32,000 bases of DNA from Zestosphaera tikiterensis (GTDB lineage Archaea > Thermoproteota > Thermoprotei_A > Sulfolobales > NBVN01). The notes under the pieces are model-generated. The model ran no database searches, was not told the origin of the DNA, and was given only the letters and a program-made list of their open reading frames with translations. Below are positions 9,779 to 17,907 of this stretch, one piece after another. Position 1 is the first letter of the stretch. The number at the start of each line of letters is the position of its first letter. The stretch lies in NCBI GenBank assembly GCA_003056265.1, contig NBVN01000002.1:390001-422000 (forward strand), written 5' to 3'. The position numbers were made by a program, and so were the translations under genes.

Positions 9779-10519
9779 ATGAACGCTCCGAAGGTGTTGG
9801 GGATAAACGCCTCACCAAGGAAGTACGGCAATACGTTTAAACTACTTAAGGTTGCTTTAAATACAGCTGAACTCTATGGAGCCTCTACGGAGGTTATACA
9901 TCTTTATGACTACGAGATAAAACCGTGTGAAGGTTGTTTAAGTGATGAGCAACTAGCCTGTAGACCTCCATGTCTTGAAAACGACGGAAGTTGGCCGGTC
10001 TTGAAAAAAATTTTAGATGCTGACGCATTAATCATATCTACCCCCGTGTATTGGTATGGTCCTTCAGGACATCTTAAAAACTTACTGGATAAGATGACGG
10101 TGTTTGAGAATATGATCTTCATAGACGGTAAGTCTTGGGTCGAAGGTAAGGTAGCTGGTATAATAGCTGTTGGCGCTGAAGCCGGTGCCGTGATGACGAT
10201 CTCATACTTAATGAGCGTGTTGAACTCCATGGGTTATTTAATCCCTCCATGGGCTTTAGCCTACTATCAAGGCTTAGATGACGTGTTAAAAAGCAGGGAG
10301 GCAGTGATGGATTCAGCTAACATAGGGAGGATCGTCGTTGAAACCGTTAACATACTTAAGAATAACACGATATCTAAATGGTATGATCCTCAAATAATGA
10401 AAGTACTTGAAGTCAATAATGTGCTTGAGAAAGTACGTAAAGAAGTTGAGGAGCTTAAGAAAAACCAACTTGAGGAAAGGGAGAGAAAGATAAGGGATAT
10501 GCTTAGGAAGAGAATTTAG
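9779..10519 (+). CDS. NADPH-dependent FMN reductase / iron-sulfur flavoprotein-like protein with a C-terminal coiled-coil tail
   Basis: Flavodoxin-like pattern VLGINASPRKYGNT..PCEGC..ADALIISTPVYWYGPSG. I prefer ATG 9779 (MNAPKVLGINASP); the track ORF starts at 9710. Confidence 0.7.
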   Translation: MNAPKVLGINASPRKYGNTFKLLKVALNTAELYGASTEVIHLYDYEIKPCEGCLSDEQLACRPPCLENDGSWPVLKKILDADALIISTPVYWYGPSGHLKNLLDKMTVFENMIFIDGKSWVEGKVAGIIAVGAEAGAVMTISYLMSVLNSMGYLIPPWALAYYQGLDDVLKSREAVMDSANIGRIVVETVNILKNNTISKWYDPQIMKVLEVNNVLEKVRKEVEELKKNQLEERERKIRDMLRKRI

Positions 10520-10574
10520 ATTTTTAAAAGGTTATATGCGATTTCAGCATAAGAAACTACTGTGGTGAAGCCAC

Positions 10575-11852
10575 GTGAAGGCAATCTACTTAGTTTTAGA
10601 CGGTGTGGCCGACCGTTTAGAAGATCAGCAAACCTCCCTTAAAATCGCTAGGAAGCCTTTCCTAGACTTAATATCTAGAGCCGGCATATGTGGGGTAGTT
10701 TACACGGTTGGTAAGGGTATTGCGCCGGAATCCGATGCTGCCGTTATGAGTATATTGGGTTACGACCCACATAAACACTACACTGGTAGAGGGCCTGTAG
10801 AAGCCGTCGGGGCTGGTTTAGAGTTTACTGAAGGTCGCGAAGTAGCTTTCAGAGCTAATTTCGCGACTGTCGATCCAAACACTATGAAGTTAGTGGATAG
10901 GAGGGTGGGTAGATCTCTCACGACGGAGGAGGCTTTAGAGCTTGCTAAAGCTTTAGATGGGTTAGAGCTTAAGAGGTATGGTGGCTATGTTCGGTTTAAA
11001 GCTACTGTAGCTCATAGGGCGGTGGTCGTTTTAGGCAGTAGGGAGTATGCGTTAAGCGATAACGTAGATAATACAGACCCAGCCTATAGGAAAGTAGGGA
11101 GTATATCAGTTGCTGAGAAGGTTTTCAACCCTTATGTAAAGCGTTCAGAACCCTTAGACAATTCGTTGGAGTCAAGAATTACTGCTGAGCTCGTTAATGA
11201 GTTTACAGTTGAAGCTGTGAAGGTGTTGGAGAATCATCCAATAAATAGGGAGAGGGAAGCTAGAGGATTGCTTAAAGCTAATGTCGTGTTAGTTAGAGAT
11301 GCCGGGTCTAGATTGCCTAAGTTAAAACCTATTAAGGAAGTTTACGGCCTAGAATTTGGTTCGGTAGCTGAAATGCCTGTTGAGAAAGGAATCGCTAAAA
11401 TACTTGGGATGCGTTCTATTGAGATACCACCACCTACTGAAGATAAAGAGAGTGATTATAGGATAAGGCTTGAAGCCACGTTAAAATTACTTAATGAGGT
11501 TGACGTAGTTTACGTTCATTTAAAAGGACCTGACGAGCCCGGTCATGACGGCGACTTAAGAGGCAAGGTTAAAGCGATAGAGGACATAGACAAGTTCTTC
11601 GTGCGTGAGTTACTTGCGTCCGTAGACTTAAGCAATATAGCTTTAATAGTTACAGCAGATCACGCCACACCACCCTCTGTTAAAGCTCATACAGATGATC
11701 CCGTACCTATAGTGTTGACAGGACTTAATGTCACTCCAGATAAGGTCGTGAAGCTAACTGAGGAGGAGTGCTATGCTAAGGGTAGCTTAGGCGTTATAGA
11801 GCATGGTTGGGAAGTACTGCATAGGATGTTAAGCTTGATTAAGGCGGTTTAA
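10575..11852 (+). CDS. apgM: Cofactor-independent phosphoglycerate mutase, archaeal type
   Basis: 425 aa with LVLDGVADR at the N-terminus and the metal-site segments HLKGPDEPGHDGD and TADHATP. GTG start with a GGTGA SD. Confidence 0.85.
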   Translation: MKAIYLVLDGVADRLEDQQTSLKIARKPFLDLISRAGICGVVYTVGKGIAPESDAAVMSILGYDPHKHYTGRGPVEAVGAGLEFTEGREVAFRANFATVDPNTMKLVDRRVGRSLTTEEALELAKALDGLELKRYGGYVRFKATVAHRAVVVLGSREYALSDNVDNTDPAYRKVGSISVAEKVFNPYVKRSEPLDNSLESRITAELVNEFTVEAVKVLENHPINREREARGLLKANVVLVRDAGSRLPKLKPIKEVYGLEFGSVAEMPVEKGIAKILGMRSIEIPPPTEDKESDYRIRLEATLKLLNEVDVVYVHLKGPDEPGHDGDLRGKVKAIEDIDKFFVRELLASVDLSNIALIVTADHATPPSVKAHTDDPVPIVLTGLNVTPDKVVKLTEEECYAKGSLGVIEHGWEVLHRMLSLIKAV

Positions 11853-11875
11853 ACCCTTAACAGGTGTTTAACTTA

Positions 11876-12556
11876 ATGAAAAACACCTTGAATGACGTTA
11901 TTGAGGTTTTAACGGTCGAGTACCAAAAACACTTACTCCAAGAAGACTTTATACCTTTGAAAAGTAGGGAGTTAGGTTTAACACCGTTAGAACAGTTAAT
12001 AGGGATCATACTGTCTCAAAATACTACAGATAGAAACGCGTTTAACGCCTTAACAAACTTAATTAAACATATGAGCGGTAGGGTAACCCTCAGTAAGCTA
12101 AGGGATATTAACGTGGTGGAATTAGCTTCGGTTATTAGGAAAGCCGGCATGCAGATGTTGAAAGCGAGAACTATTAAAAAACTTGCTGAAGTACTCAATA
12201 GTGAAGAAGAGTTAATGGTTTTAGACGTGAGTGAGTTGGTTAAGAAATTAAGAGGCGTTAAAGGAATAGGACCTAAGACTATTGACGTATTCCTAGCTAA
12301 CGTTAGGAACATCCCCATATTTCCTATAGATACTCACATAAGGAGGGTTCTTTACAGGCTTGGATACATTAGAAGTAAAAATGAAGAGTATGAAGTAATC
12401 AGGGATAAGGTGGTTAAGGACTTACCTCCTGAGAAGCTCTTAACCGCGCATTACATACTCATACTTCACGGTAGAAAAACATGCAAAGCTAGGAAGCCTC
12501 TATGTAACTCCTGTGTAGTTAATAATCTATGTGATAAAGTTGGTGTAGTTAACTAA
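11876..12556 (+). CDS. nth: Endonuclease III (HhH-GPD DNA glycosylase/AP lyase)
   Basis: Has LRGVKGIGPKTIDVFL (HhH), PIDTHIRRVLYRLG and the 4Fe-4S loop CKARKPLCNSCVVNNLC. I prefer ATG 11876, since the track start at 11864 overlaps the GGTG SD. Confidence 0.85.
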   Translation: MKNTLNDVIEVLTVEYQKHLLQEDFIPLKSRELGLTPLEQLIGIILSQNTTDRNAFNALTNLIKHMSGRVTLSKLRDINVVELASVIRKAGMQMLKARTIKKLAEVLNSEEELMVLDVSELVKKLRGVKGIGPKTIDVFLANVRNIPIFPIDTHIRRVLYRLGYIRSKNEEYEVIRDKVVKDLPPEKLLTAHYILILHGRKTCKARKPLCNSCVVNNLCDKVGVVN

Positions 12557-12636
12557 ACAACCTTTGCGCGTTTAGATGTAATCATTCCACCTAAAGATTT
12601 AAGTTTATCGAAAACTGTTTTTATTGGTGTTAATAT

Positions 12637-13293
12637 TTGGTGTTGATTAAATGGCATGGCCACGCATGTTTTGAAGTCGTGGATTCTAAAGGTTTTTCGA
12701 TAGTTATAGATCCACATGATGGCGCTAGTTTAGGCCTCCCGACACCTTCAGCTAAAGCCGACGTTGTCCTAATAACGCATGAACACTTCGATCATAACGC
12801 ATATAACGTCGTGTTAAAACCTAGCGGGAAATATTACTCAATGAAGGAAGGAAGTTTTCAGGTGGGGCCGCATTCTGTGGTGGGTATACCAGCATACCAC
12901 GATAAATTTAAGGGGAGAAGGAGAGGTAAAGTAGTTATGTATTTACTCGATGTTGAGGGTGTGAAGATACTTCATGTAGGTGATTTAGGGCACGTGTTAG
13001 AACCTTCCGAGATTAAAGGTGTTGATACACCGCATGTGTTAATGGCTCCTATAGGTGGGACCTTCACAATCGATGCTAAAGAAGCTTTAAACTTACTTGA
13101 ATTAATTAAACCTAAGGCATTTATACCTATGCATTACTGGGTCTCAGGCGTGAACCTCCCATTAGCGCCACTTGAAAATTTCTTAAACTTAACGAATTTA
13201 GAAGTGATTAAGGTAGGTAAGGAGTGGCAGATATCTAAAGAAGACTTAGAAGGTTGGGTAAAAACCAAAATAGTTGTATTTTCTTTTAAATAA
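12637..13293 (+). CDS. UPF0173-type metallo-beta-lactamase-fold hydrolase
   Basis: KWHGHACF N-terminus, THEHFDH metal motif, about 218 aa. Confidence 0.75.
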   Translation: MVLIKWHGHACFEVVDSKGFSIVIDPHDGASLGLPTPSAKADVVLITHEHFDHNAYNVVLKPSGKYYSMKEGSFQVGPHSVVGIPAYHDKFKGRRRGKVVMYLLDVEGVKILHVGDLGHVLEPSEIKGVDTPHVLMAPIGGTFTIDAKEALNLLELIKPKAFIPMHYWVSGVNLPLAPLENFLNLTNLEVIKVGKEWQISKEDLEGWVKTKIVVFSFK

Positions 13294-13316
13294 CTATACA
13301 TAACAAAATTACATCT

Positions 13317-13508
13317 TTAAGTGAGTACTACATGCTTTACTTTGATTCCGGGTTTCTTCAAAAATTTGTTTTCCTGTGAAATATAGTTAAGTAGCGCTAA
13401 TCTAATAACTTCAGAGCGAGTCAAACCTAACTTCAAAGCTAGCTCATCAAGCTTGCTTAAGAGATCTTCATCAACCTTAAATGTAACTATTCTCAAACCC
13501 ATACCCAA
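13317..13508 (-). CDS. CopG/ribbon-helix-helix DNA-binding protein
   Basis: 63 aa. IVTFKVDEDLLSKLDELALKLGLTRSEVIRLAL is a canonical RHH pattern. Confidence 0.65.
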   Translation of the reverse strand: MGMGLRIVTFKVDEDLLSKLDELALKLGLTRSEVIRLALLNYISQENKFLKKPGIKVKHVVLT

Positions 13509-13625
13509 TAATGTATTAGGCCCACAGATTTACAATACACGGTGTCCATCAACTTCATGTCTAGTCATTAAATAACGTATACATTACAAGAGGTAATTTT
13601 ATATATTACTCTTACAATATTATTC

Positions 13626-13976
13626 TTGAGGAGATCAGATATACCGACAGTCCACATTTCACTTCCAGAAAAAGTCTACGAAGAATTGAAGAGCTTAGCT
13701 GGTAGTATGGGGATTCAGATAACGGACTTAATAAAGATGTTCATAAAACAAGGCCTTTACGGTAATATCAATGCTGACGCCCCAGCCTTACAAAAACTAA
13801 AAACTTACGAGGACGAGTTAACATATGTTAAAGGCAAGTTATACCTGCTTGAAAGCTTACTAAATGAGACCGTATCTAGATTGGAAGACCTTGAGAAAAG
13901 ACTTGAAGAACTTGAATCGCCAGACGTTTTGATAAAAGCGCGTAGATCTAACAGCGGTAGACTTAATAAACCTTAG
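13626..13976 (+). CDS. Ribbon-helix-helix-like protein with a coiled-coil C-terminus
   Basis: VHISLPEKVYEELKSLAGSMGIQITDLIKMFIKQGL (RHH-like) followed by a heptad-rich tail. A TTTATATATT box lies about 18 nt upstream of the TTG start. Confidence 0.55.
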   Translation: MRRSDIPTVHISLPEKVYEELKSLAGSMGIQITDLIKMFIKQGLYGNINADAPALQKLKTYEDELTYVKGKLYLLESLLNETVSRLEDLEKRLEELESPDVLIKARRSNSGRLNKP

Positions 13977-13990
13977 AAGAAATTATTATT

Positions 13991-14052
13991 GGCCCCACAG
14001 AAGTTCCCCGTGTCTCGGGGTATTGTGAAGTGGGGAGGGCCACCCCCGGCCC
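13991..14052. other. G+C-rich hairpin element in a convergent intergenic gap
   Basis: GGCCCCAC-agaaguu-CCCCG-ugucu-CGGGG-uauugugaa-GUGGGG-agGGCC, followed by ACCCCCGGCCC. Strand and function are unknown. Confidence 0.25.
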
Positions 14053-14092
14053 TTCTATTCCTCATTCAACAATAGAAAAACAACTATCTCCT

Positions 14093-14317
14093 CTACTTTT
14101 TCTCTTTTGATTTGCTTATCTCCTTTATGTTGCTGCATTTCAGTTGTTTAATGAACGCATCTACTTCATCTAAAGGTATTTTTATCGTGTATAAGTAACG
14201 TTTAGTCCTAGCTTTAACTTTAGCTATATCCTTTTTTCTTACGACCCTACACTCTATGGCTCTACTACTTAACTCAATGAATTTATTCCTATCAGTTATC
14301 TCTACAGGCATTTTCAC
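14093..14317 (-). CDS. rpl38e: Ribosomal protein eL38
   Basis: About 72 aa. KARTKRYLYTIKIPLDE matches the eukaryotic eL38 core (K.R.SRYLYTLVI). A GGTGA SD is upstream. The start could be 14311 (MPVEI). Confidence 0.7.
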   Translation of the reverse strand: MKMPVEITDRNKFIELSSRAIECRVVRKKDIAKVKARTKRYLYTIKIPLDEVDAFIKQLKCSNIKEISKSKEKK

Positions 14318-14429
14318 CGACCACTTAGCTAAATTTAAAAGACCTTAATAACTGTTTCACCTCGGTATTTAAGACTTCACTATTTAGAGCAGGTAAAACC
14401 TACAGTTTTCATTACCCTATAATTGACGT

Positions 14430-14590
14430 GTTGGGTGCGGGCAACTGTAGCATAGAATGAGCTCCATGCCTTCTCGAAGCTGACAATAGGAGCTGAAGCA
14501 TGAAACTCCCTTAATAAGGGACTTCAGAGAAGCTATGGAAGCCCTAGGGAGAGAACCTCTCCATCATAAACGTCAGGGCTGTTAACGTCT
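14430..14590 (+). ncRNA. Unclassified structured RNA, copy A (AT-drifted paralogue of copy B, possibly decaying)
   Basis: It aligns to the reverse complement of 21409-21568; the first 51 positions align without gaps and differ at 10 sites. Most differences fall in predicted helices and are pair-compatible. G+C is about 50% by my count, and its TATA-equivalent is degraded (TTTTCATT). Confidence 0.5.
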
Positions 14591-14609
14591 TGAGGATTTA
14601 AATAGACCT

Positions 14610-15161
14610 TTAAATCTTAGGGTTGCTGTAATATTCGTTAGGGTTTAACCACGGTAGGAGGGCTGTAATAACCGCTAACTTCACTAAGTACTTTCTATCT
14701 ATTAAACCTTGGCTAAGTATGTGTATAATGCCTTCACGCTCTCCTATGTTTTTAACTCCACGTAACTTCTCAATAACTTCCTCAAGTTCCTTAACCTCGC
14801 CAGACATGATCATTTCCACGTAAGACTTAGGTAGGGGAAAGCCTGGAGAGAAACCTATAGATTCCTTTCCATCTCTCCCTATTATAAATGCTGCTTGAAT
14901 ATCTACATATGCGTTACCTACGTTGAATATGCCTGCCTCTATACCTACGTAGAAGTTGCAATCATGTATCTTCATAGCTTTTAAGGCTCTGGACTTAGCT
15001 CCGTTGACTATAGAGTCTAAACCGATTGGCTGAGGGTTTACTGCTTGATAATCTACTGAAAGCACTACGACGTCTTTCTTAAAAACCTCCTTGAAAGCTT
15101 CCTCAACTCCAGATAGTTTGGTGGGGTTTTTAGTACCTACGCATACCTTCATCTTCATCAC
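14610..15161 (-). CDS. Non-canonical purine NTPase (inosine/xanthosine triphosphatase, YjjX/DUF84 family)
   Basis: The N-terminus KVCVGTKNPTKLSGVEEAF matches the VGSxNPxKxxAV signature; about 180 aa. Confidence 0.7.
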   Translation of the reverse strand: MMKMKVCVGTKNPTKLSGVEEAFKEVFKKDVVVLSVDYQAVNPQPIGLDSIVNGAKSRALKAMKIHDCNFYVGIEAGIFNVGNAYVDIQAAFIIGRDGKESIGFSPGFPLPKSYVEMIMSGEVKELEEVIEKLRGVKNIGEREGIIHILSQGLIDRKYLVKLAVITALLPWLNPNEYYSNPKI

Positions 15162-15227
15162 TCCAGGTATTTAAACTTTAGTTAGTCTTAAAACTTAGTT
15201 GAGTAAGGCTTCATTAAGGTGTGTTCC

Positions 15228-15974
15228 GTGCTTAAAATAACGGCCTTAGGTGTTGGTGGGTGGGTTTCCCACCCTAGCTTCGGACAGTCCGGGTATGTCG
15301 TAAGTGATGGTAAAAGGAATGTCCTATTAGACTGTGGTGAAGGCACATACTACAAATTAAGCGCTTGCGGTATAAATATAAAAAACCTTGACTACATAAT
15401 CCTAACGCACATCCACGGAGATCACGTTCTAGGGCTGCCAACGTTAGCTCAAATAGCTGCTCATGAAAACCTAAGCTTAAAAGTTGTGACTTTAGAGGAG
15501 GTCTTTAAAAACATCGTTAAGTTATTTGAGGTTTTAGCCATAGAAAAATATTTAAACCATATCTCGTTTATGGAGCTTCCATTAAATGATGAGTTAGTTT
15601 TAGAGGATGATTTAATCGTTAAAAGCTTTAAGGCTTTACATCCAGTTCTAGCTACGTCTTTGTTAATTAGGATAGGTGAGTATCGAGTAGCTTACAGCGG
15701 TGATACAGCAGTTAATAAAGATTTTCTATTAGCTTCTGAAGGTGTTGACGTGTTACTACATGAGGTCTCCTTACCTGAGTTGTATGATAGTTTAAAGATA
15801 AGGATAGGTCATACTTCAGAGAAAGATTTAAAGGATATAGTAAACATAGCTAAACCTAAAACCTTCATACCGGTTCATTTCTACATGGAGCCTCCTAAGG
15901 TAAGACTGGATAACTACTTAAAGAATACTAAACTTGTTTACCTACTTCCATGTTCTAGCGTAGTTATAGAATGA
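15228..15974 (+). CDS. Metallo-beta-lactamase-fold hydrolase (RNase Z/BN-like)
   Basis: ILTHIHGDHVLGLP (HxHxDH) motif. I prefer GTG 15228, since the track start at 15219 lies in the GGTG SD. Confidence 0.65.
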   Translation: MLKITALGVGGWVSHPSFGQSGYVVSDGKRNVLLDCGEGTYYKLSACGINIKNLDYIILTHIHGDHVLGLPTLAQIAAHENLSLKVVTLEEVFKNIVKLFEVLAIEKYLNHISFMELPLNDELVLEDDLIVKSFKALHPVLATSLLIRIGEYRVAYSGDTAVNKDFLLASEGVDVLLHEVSLPELYDSLKIRIGHTSEKDLKDIVNIAKPKTFIPVHFYMEPPKVRLDNYLKNTKLVYLLPCSSVVIE

Positions 15975-16079
15975 AGTTTTAAGTATATTTACACTGCAAA
16001 AACTTACTAATACATATTATAGCAATTAATACCTCGATTTATGCTTAATTAAACTTTTTAAACCCGAAACGAGAAGATA

Positions 16080-17186
16080 TTGGTGCTAGATTTGCCTGAA
16101 GTGAGGAGGATACAGAAATTCGGTAAGTCAACTTTGATGGTTTCCCTACCCGCTAGTTGGGTTAAGGCCATGGGGTTGGTTTCAGGTGATAGCATAAGTA
16201 TTGAAGTTATGGAAGACGGCACCTTAAGGCTTGCCCCGCTACAGCTAGTTCAAAGAAAGGGAGAGAAGAGATTAAGAGTTAAGGTTAGTAGGGGGTCTTC
16301 AGAAGCTTTATTGACTAGAAGCATCATAGCTGGATACCTACTTGGAGTTGACGTAATAACAATAGACGCTATGGATGGCGTCTTAACGGAGACTCACTTG
16401 AAAAACATTAGAAACGTGGTTAAAGATTTGTTAGGTGCTGAAATCATAGAGAACACGCCGAGTAGGATATCCATTCAAGTCTTAGTGGATCCAAGCAAAT
16501 ACTCAGCAACGAACTTACTTAACAGAGTTATAAACTTAGTTAGGTTTATGCTTCAACATATTCAAACAGCTTTACTTGATAGAAAAATCTACTTACTTAG
16601 TGAAGTTCAGGAGATGGAGAAAGAGGTTGATAGACTTCATGCTTTAGCTGTGAGGCAATTCCTTCAGGCTCAAAACGATAGAAGCTTAGCCAAGCATTTA
16701 GGCATAAAAAGTTCTTTAATTCCTGAATACAGAGGTATAATTAAAGCTTTAGAGGAGGCTGCTGACGCACTCAGCAATCTAGCACAAATATTAAGCGATG
16801 AGAGGAATCAAGACATTATAGATGTGTTACGTTTGAATGTGGACATACTTAAAGAGTGTTTAGACTACATACTAATGGTTATTGACAGACTCGATAAGGT
16901 CTTTAAGACGTTGGATCCGTATATAACTAACGGCGTACTTAATATGATATCTGAATACTACATACTTATAAGGAAGTACGATGAAATGATGTTTAAATCT
17001 TTAAAAGCTATTGAAGCTACTACAGGGAAGGAAATGTCTGTAGATAAGAAATACCTCCACTTACGTGAATTTATAGATAAGCTGATTGAAGTAGGTAGGA
17101 TGATGGAATCCGCTGCTGAATCAGCGTTCGATATTTCAATAGATAAGACAGGGGAAATCTTAGACATAAGTAGGATTTTCCTGTGA
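16080..17186 (+). CDS. AbrB/SpoVT-domain plus PhoU-domain regulator
   Basis: The N-terminus RRIQKFGKSTLMVSLPASWVK is an AbrB swapped-hairpin pattern, followed by long helical PhoU-like repeats. The exact start is uncertain. Confidence 0.65.
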   Translation: MVLDLPEVRRIQKFGKSTLMVSLPASWVKAMGLVSGDSISIEVMEDGTLRLAPLQLVQRKGEKRLRVKVSRGSSEALLTRSIIAGYLLGVDVITIDAMDGVLTETHLKNIRNVVKDLLGAEIIENTPSRISIQVLVDPSKYSATNLLNRVINLVRFMLQHIQTALLDRKIYLLSEVQEMEKEVDRLHALAVRQFLQAQNDRSLAKHLGIKSSLIPEYRGIIKALEEAADALSNLAQILSDERNQDIIDVLRLNVDILKECLDYILMVIDRLDKVFKTLDPYITNGVLNMISEYYILIRKYDEMMFKSLKAIEATTGKEMSVDKKYLHLREFIDKLIEVGRMMESAAESAFDISIDKTGEILDISRIFL

Positions 17187-17279
17187 CTTAATACGTAGCA
17201 ACTCAAGTGAAGCAACACACCATTTTCAAACTAAAGTTATGTTTTAGGGCTGTGACCTATTTGATGTTCGGAGATAAAG

Positions 17280-17287
17280 TTTATAAC
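17280..17287 (+). promoter_or_regulatory. TATA box (TTTATAAC) for RNA locus C
   Basis: Preceded by AAAG, 16 nt upstream of GTTGGG. Confidence 0.4.
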
Positions 17288-17303
17288 GCTGGTGTTTAAG
17301 TAT

Positions 17304-17505
17304 GTTGGGAATCCGCTTAGGCGATGGGAGCAATGCTCCAAGCCTAGGTGGGGGTGAGCACAACATAGATGGGAGGGTCGTGCCGTTACCCTCGACAGCC
17401 ACCCATGAACCTACGGGATGAGCTAAGCGAGCCCTCTAGGTGGAGGCGGAACTCCCTAGATGAGATCATGAAAACACATAAAATGATTGAAATGAGCATC
17501 TAGGG
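17304..17505 (+). ncRNA. Unclassified structured RNA, locus C
   Basis: It has the same AAAGTTTATAA promoter, GTGTTTAA spacer and GTTGGG 5' end as copy B. Helices: GCUUAGGC/GCCUAGG enclosing GGAGC-AAU-GCUCC; GAGGGU..ACCCUC; UCUAG..GGAG-GCGGAA-CUCC-CUAGA; and a terminal 9-bp stem CCCUAGAUG/CAUCUAGGG. Confidence 0.45.
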
Positions 17506-17656
17506 AGAAACGGAATGCAATCTTTAACTTAAAGAAATAGCTTAAGACTTAATGATGGAGCAAAATAAGGATTAACTTCATCTCTGAATATACGGTTGCC
17601 TAGCGAAGCAGTTTTAAGTTTTATAGGTGTTGAATAGGTATTAATAGTGCTTCATT

Positions 17657-17664
17657 TAGTGGTG
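17657..17664 (+). promoter_or_regulatory. TATA box (TTTATAAG) for RNA locus D
   Basis: Preceded by GGTGGG, as in copy B, and 26 nt upstream of GGTTGGG. Confidence 0.45.
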
Positions 17665-17697
17665 GGTTTATAAGTTTTGCTAGCGCTATCGTAAAGT

Positions 17698-17907
17698 GAG
17701 GGTTGGGTTGACGATTCGATGAGGAGACGGAGGTAAGGATGAAACCCAACCTAATGAGGCCCTACCTTCGCTTGAGGGAGTCTAGCGGAGCGATGCGGAA
17801 GTCTAAGGCAATGAAGCTAAGCTCTCGAAAAACGGGGGTGGAGTAAAGATAGGGGCGATGAGTACCTATGTATGTAGATCAAAGCTTACATAGGTACGAA
17901 CCCTTTT
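17698..17907 (+). ncRNA. Unclassified structured RNA, locus D (shares a module with 29372-29470)
   Basis: A GGTGGGTTTATAAG promoter lies 26 nt upstream of GGTTGGG. It has a 9-bp stem GGUUGGGUU/AACCCAACC, the hairpin CUCUCG-AAAAA-CGGGGG and a perfect 10-bp stem UACCUAUGUA/UACAUAGGUA flanked by GAUGAG and CGAA. It ends in CCCTTTT (oligo-T). Confidence 0.5.

Noticed and set aside
13317-13976. The divergent pair of ribbon-helix-helix proteins could be antitoxins or a defence-regulator module.
   Set aside because: No toxin or enzymatic partner gene is adjacent. The neighbours are an MBL-fold hydrolase and rpl38e. RHH regulators are common stand-alone genes in archaea.
17551-17586. A C/D box sRNA: AUGAUGG at 17551 and CUGA at 17583.
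   Set aside because: The boxes are only about 30 nt apart. There are no internal D'/C' boxes and no terminal stem, and the region is AT-rich. That is too little for a call.
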